Assembly: GCA_002269645.1 (NCBI GenBank)
Contig: NIVC01000893.1
Location: 1 to 64,000 of the forward strand
Length of the DNA: 64,000 bases
Source of the DNA: Macrostomum lignano
Lineage: Eukaryota
Direction: 5' to 3'
Below the pieces are notes generated by a model. That model had not been told where the DNA came from, did no database searches, and saw only the letters and a list, made by a program, of their open reading frames with translations. Made by a program: the position numbers and the translations under genes. Positions 21,524-32,385 of the stretch are shown here, piece after piece (positions within the stretch are counted from its first letter, which is position 1; each line of letters opens with the position of its first letter).

Positions 21524-23923
21524 ATGCCTGTAATGCATGAACGCCCAAAAATGACGCAGACAATGTACCAGTCGCTCAAACGGCACATACTTCGTCAGCG
21601 ACAGAAGGAGGCAGAGATGGTGGCTCTGGACGCCACAAATCAGCGACTACGCGCAGAGCGTGTAGAGATGCGCCGTCAGACAGCGCTGAGCCTGCAGAAA
21701 ACCGAGGAGGAAGTCAAACGACTGGAAAAGAAGCTTGAAGAGTTGCGCAAAGAGAAGACGAAGCTGTTTAATCGGTTTAAGGTAGGAATACCTGTTTGTC
21801 AATGCTAGCACATAACCCTAGCTGGCAGTTAATCAATGGCATTATTATTAGTGGGCTTTTCGCCATAAATATTTTCCGCTGCTAGTGGGGGCCGGGGCAG
21901 AGCGTCCGTTGTGGGTGTGGGGGGCAGAGTCTGTTTAAGTGTGGGGGCAGAGTCTGTTTGGGTGTGGGGGCAGAGTCTGTTTAAGTGTGGGGGCAGAGTC
22001 TGTTTAAGTGTGGGGGCAGAGTCTGTTTAAGTGTGGGGGCAGAGTCTGTTTGGGTGTGGGGGCAGAGTCTGTTTTAGTGTGGGGGCAGAGTCTGTTTAAG
22101 TGTGGGGGCAGAGTCTGTTTAAGTGTGGGGGCAGAGTCTGTTTAAGTGTGGGGGCAGAGTCTGTTTAAGTGTGGGGGCAGAGTCTGTTTGGGTGTGGGGC
22201 AGAGTCTGTTTTAGTGTGGGGGCAGAGTCTGTTTAAGTGTGAGGGCAGAGTCTGTTTGGGTGTGGGGGCAGAGTCTGTTTGGATGTGGGGGCAGAGTCTG
22301 TTTGGATGTGGGGGCAGAGTCTGTTTGGATGTGGGGGCAGAGTCTGTTTAGTGTGGGTGCAGAGTCTGTTTGGGTGTGGGGGCAGAGTCTGTTTGGATGT
22401 GGGGGCAGAGTCTGTTTGGATGTGGGGGCAGAGTCTGTTTGGATGTGGGGGCAGAGTCTGTTTGGATGTGGGGGCAGAGTCTGTTTGGATGTGGGGGCAG
22501 AGTCTGTTTGGATGTGGGGTCAGAGTCTGTTTCGATTTGGGGGCAGAGCGTCCTGTTGGCCCACATTTTAGCCATAGACAAATTTTCATCAAGAGAAATA
22601 AAAGAAGAGAAGAATAGGGAAGAGACATACGGGAACTCGTTTAGAAATTTGAGGTTACATAATTTTTGTGTGCAAACCAAGTGGTTGACACATTATCGGG
22701 CTCGCCTAAAGCCTCACTGACGTAAAAACGCCAACCAATAATCATTTGCCCCCGATCCTTAAAACTTATCCGATACTCGAATTCCGTTCGTTCAATCAGG
22801 AGGTCTCAGCCGAAGAGTCAAATCAGAAGGAGCGCCAAAAAGAGGCGCAAACTCAACTGCTGCAGCTGTCGCAACAGTTTCCCCAGTATGGCGCCATCTC
22901 TGCCGGGTTGCCGGCGCCTCAATTGCGCGCTCTCGGATACGTGGCTCAGGCTGGCTGTTCAGGTCAGCAGCAGCCGCCACCGCCGCCGCCCCCAACACAG
23001 CAGCAAGTGTCTCTAAAGCGACGCCGCTCGCCCAGTCCTTCGTCTGTAGCGTCGGCTCATTCTAGTCCAATGTGTCAGGTAAAATTTATGCTTACGTCTA
23101 TGCGATAAGTTACAGCGGCCCTGACTTTCTGATCGGTACACACCTCTGTGCTTTGGGGATTGGCCTTTATTGGTTGCTAAAGTATTCGCTTAATCGCCAC
23201 TATTATATCATCCAGGTTAAGCAGAGTTGAGAGCGGTTAGTATGAAGTGATACATTTTGGCCTTGGCTTTGGTGTGATATTCCTCGTTATCTCTCTAATG
23301 CATTCAAGTAAAGGCTCCGCAGCCCTGACAGTACGAGTAATAACCTCCGACAGGTCGCCTCAGCCGCTTCTGTTCTGTCGCAGCAGCAGCAACAGCAGCA
23401 ATACCGGGTGTCAGTAGCTGGCAAGCTGCCTCCACCCGGCAAGCTGCCTCCGCCGGGGGTTCCGCCGCAACAGCAGTTGCCACCGCCGCAGCAGCAGCAA
23501 CTGCCACCGCCGCCGCCTGTGACGGTGACAAGCCTAGGCTTGAATCCATTCCACGGTCAGCTGCTGTTTGCCCAGCAGGCGGCCGCTCAGCAGCAGAGCC
23601 AGCCTCCGCAGGCCGGCATCAAAGTGTCGCAGGTGCAGCCTCCATTAGCATCTTATCGGGGCTCCATCACTACTGGCCAATCGGCTCAGCAGATGCAATT
23701 ATTGCAACAATTTCAACCTGGCGCCGGATCTGCTTTCGCCGCGCAGCAGCAACAGCAACAACAACAGCAACAATTGCCGCCGCCAGAACAGCAGTCTGCT
23801 GCAGCAGCCGCTGCTGCTGCCGCAGCCGCGTATGCCCGGGCCTATCCCGGTGCTAACCTGCCCGGTTTGTTTGCACAGCAACAGCAGCCGCCGCCGCAGC
23901 CTCCGAACCGGCGCTTTATGTAG
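21524..23923 (+). CDS. GPS2: G protein pathway suppressor 2 (NCoR/SMRT complex subunit), about 368 aa, 3 exons
   Basis: Exons 21524-21781, 22800-23078, 23354-23923, GT-AG, all phase 0. N-terminus MPVMHERPKMTQTMYQSLKRHIL..SLQKTEEEVKRLEKKLEELRKEKTKLF matches the GPS2 MPALLERPKLS..SLEETKEQILKLEEKL pattern; Q/P-rich tail. Confidence 0.85.
21895..22550. repeat. 23-bp G-rich minisatellite (GGGGGCAGAGTCTGTTTxxxTGT) in GPS2 intron 1
   Basis: About 28 tandem units. Confidence 0.95.
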
Positions 23924-24000
23924 CTTTATCAGGTGGCTACTCTAACTTTCGTAATTCAAGTCTAGATTAGGCTTTTTGTAAGAAAGTTTATATGGTCTAT

Positions 24001-24362
24001 GTCTATGGTAAACTCACCCGCAGCGTGCAGGATTGGTTATGTCTATGGTAAATCTCCCCGCAGCGTGGAGGATTGGTTATGTCTATGGTAAATCTCCCCG
24101 CAGCGTGCAGGATTGGTTATGCCTATGGTAAATCTCCCCGCAGCGTGCAGGATTGGTTATGTCTATGGTAAACTCACCCCGCAGCGTGCAAGTTTGGTTT
24201 TGTCTATGGTAAACTCACCCCGCAGCGTACAGGATTGGTTTTGTCTATGGTAAACTCACCCCGCAGCGTGCAAGTTTGGTTTTGTCTATGGTAAACTCAC
24301 CCCGCAGCGTGCAGGATTGGTTTTGTCTATGGTAAACTCACCCCGCAGCGTGCAGGATTGGT
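24001..24362 (+). repeat. 41-42-bp tandem array in the predicted GPS2 3' UTR
   Basis: Unit GTCTATGGTAAACTCACCCCGCAGCGTGCAGGATTGGTT(A/T)T, about 9 copies; AATAAA at 24432. Confidence 0.92.
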
Positions 24363-25925
24363 TGTCTGTGGGCTAGCTTCATGAGACATAGACTGTGGAA
24401 TTTTATATTTTATCAATTTGCACTTAACTACAATAAAGTTTTAATTAATTTGTTTATCTTTAGGCTAGTGATGTCTTGAGTTAACTTCTACTACATGTAC
24501 GCTTAGTCAAATTATACGGTCCAAATCTGGCTAAAATTTAATGAAATTGTGCTTAGCAATTATTATTAAGATTTAATAATAATTGCTAATATTTAAAAAA
24601 TCGATTTCACTGAATATTGCAAATTCTTTATTATGTTTAAAAGAACTCAACTAAAATCGGAGGTCTGTATTTGTTGATGTATTCTTCAGTGCTGAGAAAT
24701 TTTGGCCATAGACTATACAATAAATCAGTGCCGTCCGGTACTTTTTTCTCCCGACCTTGTTGCATCATAGTCTATGGCTGAACCCCTTACCAACAAGCAT
24801 ATAGTCGTAAAAAAAGCTAGAAAACATCCAGATTGATATTAATTGTTTAGGTTAGTGACAATATTAGTATATTTAGATTAAAAATATTAGTGCAATTATT
24901 TGTCGTTTTTAATTGAGTTGCAAGTAAGCCCTCAATGAACTGGGGAGTTTATGCTTTTTATCTATATTTTACTATGATCTGCAATGCTTGCTAGTCGCTC
25001 GATCGAGCTAAGTTACAATTGGATATTTAACTATGGCTTTAATGTTACCGTAGCATTACATTTCTGATGTCGGGCGTTTGAACGCAGCTGTACTATGCGA
25101 TTTTTCAGTGTTTATTAATTATATAGTTGTTTGTCTGTATGCTCGAATATTTTTCGAACTGTAATATCACAGTTGTTGTTAATAAATGCACAATTGTACA
25201 GTAATGCTACAGCTTACAGGGCTACTATCTGTCGCCCTTTTCTATTTCTTGCGCTGTAAATGGAAACTTTGAGTTGTTGTGAAATGATATATTAGATATC
25301 TTTGTTGATTTTAATTATCCGTATTTGGGTATCTTGAAACTCTCTTAGTCGACTGTGCTTTGGGGGGGGGGGCTGGCCCTCATTGCTGTGAGCGCCAAAC
25401 GAATGTGGCCTCACACGGAATCGAACCTAGGACGCGCTTACCTACCGCTGATCAAGACTACTGTATCTAAATGAATAATAATATCATTTAACACCACGTC
25501 AAAAATAGTTACTGACATGTTCACAAAATACGCCAAAAATTACAACAACTGTGACTTGCTTGTGAATTTACGAGCTAAACGCGCATATATTTTTCCTATT
25601 CAACTTGATGCCTCAATAAGGTTACAGTTGCAGTGCAAAACGCACAATATAAAATAAATTTTAAATTTTATCAATAATAGCTACGCGGGGTAATAGACAG
25701 AGAATTGAGTTATGAGAAGCACGTTTATCAATTGAAATAAAAATGCTAATATTGTATAGTTTTATTAGCAAAATTTTATAAGCTAATACAGCACTAGTTA
25801 AAACGAAATTTTAGCGATTAAATCGATCTCATCGAGCGATACAAACTGCATTAGCGAGTTAGGAAGAAGTACTTCTTGTTTACCGAGTTTCTCAGGCGTC
25901 AGAATCGTTTCTAAGCATCTCTACC

Positions 25926-28900
25926 CTAGCTACCCTCTATACTGTTGAGCCTCTCTGACCCGCAGAAATGCAGAAGTCTTACATTTTTGCGGAATCTGGC
26001 CAAAGCATTTTGCACTAAAAACGGGTTCCTATTCAAATTGGCCATAAAATCGTTAACATTAGCGAAACGCCGGAACATGCTGCTATGCAATGCGACTAAA
26101 CTAAGAGGCGTCCCAGAGTTGTTTTCGAAGTCGCTGCAGATAACATGCAAGGTAAATAGGAAAGAAGTGACTCTAGACAACTCTATAACGAACGAGATGT
26201 CCTGGTATAAATCGCCAAAAAGAATCACCTAATTCTAAGAGTAAATTTGAGACGTTTCATTGTCTGCGACTTTAGGGGCGCTTTTATAATGCTACTTGGG
26301 GCCGTAGAGTCCATCTGTGACGTGCTAATGTCGCTGTAGAATCACTGAGTTGCGTCTAAAGCGCATCTGCGTTACGTATCAGATTAAACATGCCTTTTGA
26401 GGGAGTTCAAAATCTCGTGATTTTGTAATCTCGATGTGTAATCTCGTATAAATCACGAGGGCCGAAGGCCCAAGGGATTTATGAAAATAACTCCCAAAAA
26501 AGGCGTATAACCATAATTATAATCTCGTATAACCATAGACATAAAGACTTTACGAGATATTATTGAATATTACCAAATAAAATCCCAGAGAACGCAAATA
26601 TTGTCACGGAAAATCTTTATATCTATGGATTATTCTGAATTAGCACTAGAATCGCATTTTGCTATTAAACAGCTCTATTTACTCTACTCGAGTTAGTAGA
26701 AAGTTTAGCGCTAACACAACGACTATTGGATGACTTTTGCGACCCTTCAAATGATTCTACGACTCACGTGTTGCGCTCGTGACTCTACAGTCGCAGCACA
26801 GTCGTGAGTCAATAGAGTGAGTCAACGTTCTCAACGGGCATCAATTTAACCTGACCTGCTAACAGAATCCGTTATCGATTTCACAGCCTTCAACAGTTCC
26901 TGCGCCAGCGCTCGACGCCTTTCATTTAGCCGGACATTGGTGGACTTTCCAACAATGTCCACCCCAACTGTCCGAGCCGTCTCCAATGCCGAGGACAAGT
27001 TGGCAATCCAGTTGCTAACAGAGTCGCTTTCGGTGACGCGATGATTCAGCAACTCCGCAACTGGCTCCAAACCGATAGACAGACAGTCCACCCCGCCAAC
27101 GCCTGCGCTAGTGAGAGCTGCCGCTGCCGCATCGCACGCCTCTGTTAAGCCTCTGGCAAAGGCGTCAATAGGCTCGCTATGGTTACTAATCGAATTCGCA
27201 GCATCGACTGGCTGAGGAAGAAGCCCAGTTCCAGCTAGCAGTTGCGTCATCAAGCTGCTCTGCTCCTGCAGTAGAAACCGCAGCTCGCAGACGAATTCTT
27301 CCGATTCGTTGACGCCAGTCCAGACTAATCGGCAGCCGGCGACAGTGGCTGGCGCTACAATCCAGTCAGTGTTGTCAATTGTGACTCTGTGCAACTGCAG
27401 CACCCGCTTCCGAGGCTGCTGTTGCTGTTGATTCTTGCTGTTAATATCGTTAAATAATTGCGCCCTAATAGACGCTATAGACAATCGAGATTGCTGCTGG
27501 CGCTCAGGTGAGAATGAATAACGCTGAGCAGATTGCAGCTGGTCCACACAGTCGGCAAGCTGCCATACGGCCGCTGTAGGTAATGGAAAGTGTGGCAACG
27601 GTATAGGTCATCAGACTAGCTATAGACACTCATTTCATTTTGATGCCCGCTTAAATAAATCTTACAATATGATTTTGATTTTGGCCATAGACAAAAGACG
27701 ACAAGCAATGATATCAGTGGATAGTTTTAGACAGAATCAAAAGTAGCAGTAAGGAGATCAAAGCAGGGACTACTCAAACACCGGGACAGGAAACTAAATT
27801 TTTTTACGAGGCTGGCTGGCAATTATTTTCATTAGAGAGATGCTGTGTTACTTTTTTGTCTATGGTTATTTTCTACTACCAGCCTCGTAAAAAATTCCTA
27901 TAGTTTCCCGTCCCGGTGTTTGAGTAGTCCCTGGATCAAAGTGTCTCAAGCTGGACAAGAACATTCGTGGAACTTTGCCAGGAAGCACACACATGGTTAA
28001 TATGCGACAGTTCTAAGATAGGGCTCGGCAAACTCGGTAAACATGCGGCCCGTGAAGCCTTTCTATCCGGCCCTCGGGTCCTTTGAAACTTCGCGATAGC
28101 AATCCGGCCTGCTCAAGAATCTCTTCTCAAGAAGTCTCTTCTCATGCAGTTCTTTCTCTTTATCTCGCCTATTCTCTATCCCATCTCATCTCTCCCCTTC
28201 TATCTCTTCCCATCTCTCTCCTCTCTCCCCGTTTCGCCTCTCTGTCTCTCCTCTTCTCTCTCTCCTCTCCTCTCCTCTCTCCCCTCTCCTCGCTCTCCTC
28301 TTTCCCCGTCTCTTCTCTCTCTCTCTTCTCTCCCCTCTCTCCCTTCCCTACTCTCTCATTTTCTCGTATCTCACCTCTAATCTTATATCCTTTCTACTTT
28401 CCTCTCTCATCTCCTTTCCATGGCCCGCAGCCATGAGCTGTATTTTCTAAAAAGTTTGCCGACCCCTGAACTAAGGCCATAGACATTTCGTCTGTGCTGC
28501 ACAAGTAAAGCTAACTCCCACAGACAGAGCGAAGGCTTCCTATAGACACTTTGTGGAGTTTGTCAGAGAGTCAGGCCATACACTGCTTGCTCTTTAGTCC
28601 ATTCGACCTGTCTGCGCTAAACGGTGAATGGCTAACACAGAAACACAGTAGTGTTACTGTAAGTTCTTAACACAGAGTAAAAATAATGAAATATCTTACA
28701 ATTATGAGCAATATCAGCTGCCTCCTGCAGCAGCACAGTCTGCCAATCGCAGTTCAGCAAAGTACCAGCATTCAATTGCAACGCTCCCAGTTGACGATGA
28801 AACCGATCTGACTCCAAGTTGTTGAAGCGCAACTCTACGGTTGCCTGGCAACAACAATCGGTGCCGCTAGTCCGTTGGCACCATGCGATTAGGCGGCGAC

Positions 28901-30861
28901 AACAGCCGCTAGCGCTGAGTTCGCTACCAGATATGCTGATCTCATAGCTGTGCCACAAGTAACTGCTGGCCTCTGCGCTGCTGGATGCCAACGGCAACAG
29001 CTGCAGAGAGGCTAACAACTGGCCATTGTGCTGATTAGTGCCGGAGTTTTGCCTGCCGTATGGGTATTAAAACGCTACTGTAGTAACCTGTAGTAATCAG
29101 TGAGTGCCCATCTGAGAACTTAAGTTAAGTTAAGTTAAGTTAAGTTAAGTTAAGTTAAGTTAAGAACTTAAGTTTTATTGTCATTTTGGATTCGTGCCTA
29201 TTGAAACTAATAGGTTGCATATGTAAATATGGTAAAGTATAACTTTAATTAATGTACTCGTAAATGGTAAGATTGGGTTTACAGTGGTAAGGGACGCAAA
29301 CGTGTGCTAGGGGCTTCAGTGTATGTGTTAGAGGGCACCAATGTGTGTTAGAGGGCACCAATGTGTGTTAGAGGGCGCCAAGTGTGTGTTAGAGGGCGCC
29401 AAGTATGTGTTAGAGGGCGCCATGTGTGTTAGAGGGCACCAATGTGTGTTAGAGGGCGCCAAGTGTGTGTTAGAGGGCGCCAAGTGTGTGTTAGAGGGCG
29501 CCATGTGTGTTAGAGGGCGCCAATATGTTAGAGGGATTAAATATCTCTTAGGATTAAATAGCGCAAATGTGTGTTAGATAGCGCCAGTGTGTGTTAGAGA
29601 GCGCCAATGTTTATTGGCGCTATTGTGCATTAAGGGAGCGCCAAAATGACATCAATTAAAATTTCACAGAAATTCTCGGAAATTGTCAGCTAACAAGAGT
29701 TCTTCACGGACCTGCAAATAAAAGAATTGTAAACTAGTGTACCCTTACCCTGTAAAACTAACATTAGCGCAGACTAGCCAGTACTGATGAAAGATAAACT
29801 GCCTAAGGCTAAGGCATTCCACAGTAACAGGCTCCGATTGTGTAAAAAGCAGGCTGCCAAGAGTCAACGACTGAGCGAGGAGAGTAGCCGCAGCATCATG
29901 GTCACGTGATTCGGCTGAATCAATAATATTAACCATTTCCTGTAGTTGTATTTTGTTTAATTTTTAGTTTCTATCCAGGTTAAAAATGTTGACAGTCATG
30001 TTGAAATGTTGGATACCCTACCGCGTCGCAGATGCTTGCCATCGGGTTCAAGCCATTGAACGTCTGCCTATTCAGACTGTTAACAGCCAGACTGAGTATT
30101 GACAGCTTTTTAGTGAGAATATTTTCCGCCTCGATTGCGTCAGCCTGATTGGCCTGTGAATAAAAGCGTTAAAGTCAATTATTATCAGAATTATTTGTAT
30201 AGCTTACTCTTAATCTGACTTTTAAAACGCCGATAAACATATTGTGCATGCACTTTTTATGGGGGGGGGTTGTAGCTTAGTGGTTAGATCGGCGTCGGAC
30301 TTACGACTTGAAGGCCGGGGGTTCGATTCCCGATCCCACTCGAGGAACAATTTGTGTCCTTGAGCAAGACACTTAACTCTGCATTGCTTCAGTTCACCCA
30401 GCTGTAAAATTGGTACTAGCATTAGCTGGGATAATGGAGGGTGTGTGTAGGGACCCCGCAGTCCTTGAACTGAACAGCCGTACCACCCGTACGCAGCCTT
30501 CAGATGCGCCGCGAAATAGCTGCGACGCGACTGAGCTGTCGGTTGCACATCTGGCCATTAGGGCAATTGCAATCAATCTATATAACTATCATTACTTGTA
30601 CATGTCTGACGGTTAGAAAGTCAGGGCCGATGTACACCCTTTGTCAGCGTGTGTACGCGTGCGTGTCTGCGTACAGAATCGGTGCGCTTGTACGTAGACT
30701 TGCCTCAGCGAAGGAGTTGCGCTCGTTGTGAAGAATTAATATAATTTTAACTGGTCAGCAACTATTGAAATTTTAACAAAATAGTAATAACAAACCTGAA
30801 TTTCAGCCAACAGTGTCTCCTTCATCACCTGTTCGGCAGATTCCTTTCTATCTTTGCTCAT
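25926..30861 (-). CDS. Uncharacterised protein, about 594 aa, 7 predicted exons
   Basis: Exons 30861-30796, 30153-30022, 29939-29763, 29711-29668, 29052-28700, 27573-26864, 26228-25926; all GT-AG with matching phases and one open frame. No family recognised; both ends uncertain. Confidence 0.6.
26630..26815. repeat. Dispersed repeat; diverged inverted copy at about 52270-52440
   Basis: Shared TAGAATCGCATTTTGC..CTACTCGAG..AGTAGAAAGTT.AGCGCTAACACAACGACT. Confidence 0.7.
27764..27933. mobile_element. 170-bp hAT foldback MITE
   Basis: TIR CAGGGACTACTCAAACACCGGGAC; perfect TSD GATCAAAG. Confidence 0.92.
28019..28468. mobile_element. hAT MITE, same family as 9664-10006
   Basis: TAGGGCTCGGCAAAC / GTTTGCCGACCCCTG ends; shared CCTTTGAAACTTCGC..TAGCAATCCGGCC; CT-rich interior; degenerate TSD. 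Confidence 0.8.
29123..29175. repeat. (AAGTT)n microsatellite
   Basis: Read directly. Confidence 0.9.
29325..29610. repeat. 20-21-bp minisatellite GTGTGTTAGAGGGCGCCAA
   Basis: About 13 units, intronic. Confidence 0.9.
30272..30560 (+). mobile_element. tRNA-derived SINE, second copy
   Basis: A and B boxes plus the same central and 3' domains as 12263-12527. Confidence 0.88.
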
Positions 30862-31452
30862 CGTTTGACATACAAAGACTGAAAACACCAGTGTCAAGTT
30901 TGTGAATGTAGAACTTATTTCATAACTTAATAGAATCATATTATGAGCCAATATGAAATGACTAATTCTAATCAAAGTGAACTTGAGATGACCTTGGGTA
31001 GTGAGGTAGAGTGAACTCATAGTCATGGACATTTTAAAACAATAATGTGGCGAAGTTAATAGCACAAGCTGAACACACTATTTTTTCAATCATTAAGCAA
31101 GAATTTCAGTACAATTTATTACATTCTTAAGTCCACGACAAAGCCTATTCATGCACCGTAGCATATTCTCAATCGCTGATAAAGTACCATATGCACTTTT
31201 AAAATGCTCAAATAGATTTTAACTCGCAAAACGCAGATTGATAAAATAAAATGAATGGCATTACAAAACGTGGGACTTGATACTGGTCTCAAGCCTAAAG
31301 TACATAGATGGAGTTCAGTTAGAGGTGAACCCTCATATATGTGCGCTAATCCAGTATCTTTTAAAAGAGGAGCAGAATTTATTACATTTCCATTCGACTT
31401 TAGACAAAAAAGATAAAAAACCAAGCAATGGCACGAGTTTATTAAAGCTAGC

Positions 31453-31701
31453 CTAGACATAACCAATCCTGAACACTGCGGGCTGAGTTTAACATAGACA
31501 AACATCCTACACGCTGCGGAGTGAGTTTACCATAGAGATAACCAATCCCGCACGCTGCGGGGTTAGTTTACCATAGAGATAACCAATCCCGCACGCTGCG
31601 GGGTGAGTTTACCATAGAGATAACCAATCCCGCACGCTGCGGGGTGAGTTTACCATAGACATAACTAATTCTGTACGCTGCGGGGTGAGTTTACCATAGA
31701 C
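31453..31701 (-). repeat. 42-bp tandem array in the predicted NIP7 3' UTR; same family as the GPS2 array
   Basis: Reverse complement of the 24001-24362 unit, about 6 copies; AATAAA on the minus strand at 31438-31443. Confidence 0.9.
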
Positions 31702-31749
31702 AACGAATCTTGTACACAGAATCAAGAATAGGCAAGCCTCCTTATAGTC

Positions 31750-32385
31750 CTATCCAAACAAAGTAGCCTCGCTGCGAATATACTCGCCAATGTCAGCCTG
31801 ATGGAAGCACACTAACGCCATAGGATCGGCTTTGCGAGACTGCAGCGTAGACTTGGCGGCAACGCCGAATCCCAATGGAGTATCGCTCATTGAGTACACA
31901 ACCAGACCTGCGTATTGCGGCGTTGCGTCAGTGATGCGGCCGAGGCCGGCTTTGGTCACGTGATGCCCGTATAGGAACTGCTGCTCTGCCGAAGGCTTCA
32001 GCCAAATCTTATGCTTAGCATAAGGAGCGAGAAAGTCCAGAGCGGTAACCTACAAGTGAATAAAGGCGTAGAAGCTCTTTGATCTACGATTCTGGTTTAC
32101 AAATGTTAAAAATAAAGGAGGAAGTGACAAGAAACTAACCTGCAAATGAAACTTGTTAGACTTGGTGAATTTGCCCAAACAGGTGCCAAAGCTGAGTAGC
32201 TGCTTTCGCTGTACATTGGCCGCTCGTTTCATTGTGGGCTCAGGGGCATAGTAAACCCGGCAGCGGTGAAGCCGCAGGCAGTACTGCTGATCGGCACGAT
32301 TAAGCAGGGCTGTCAGGCTGTCACCGATAAACTTTGACAGCTTCACAAATACCGCCTTTGTCTCGTCTTCTGTCAGTGGCCTCAT
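31750..32385 (-). CDS. NIP7: 60S ribosome subunit biogenesis protein NIP7, 181 aa, 2 exons
   Basis: Exons 32385-32140 and 32049-31750, 90-nt GT-AG intron; [51 protein letters not shown]. Confidence 0.97.

Noticed and set aside
22169-22720. Repetitive ORFs over minisatellites (also 50463-50928, 53358-54120, 54410-55014, 29341-29577)
   Set aside because: Open in several frames because the units lack stops; located in introns or UTRs.
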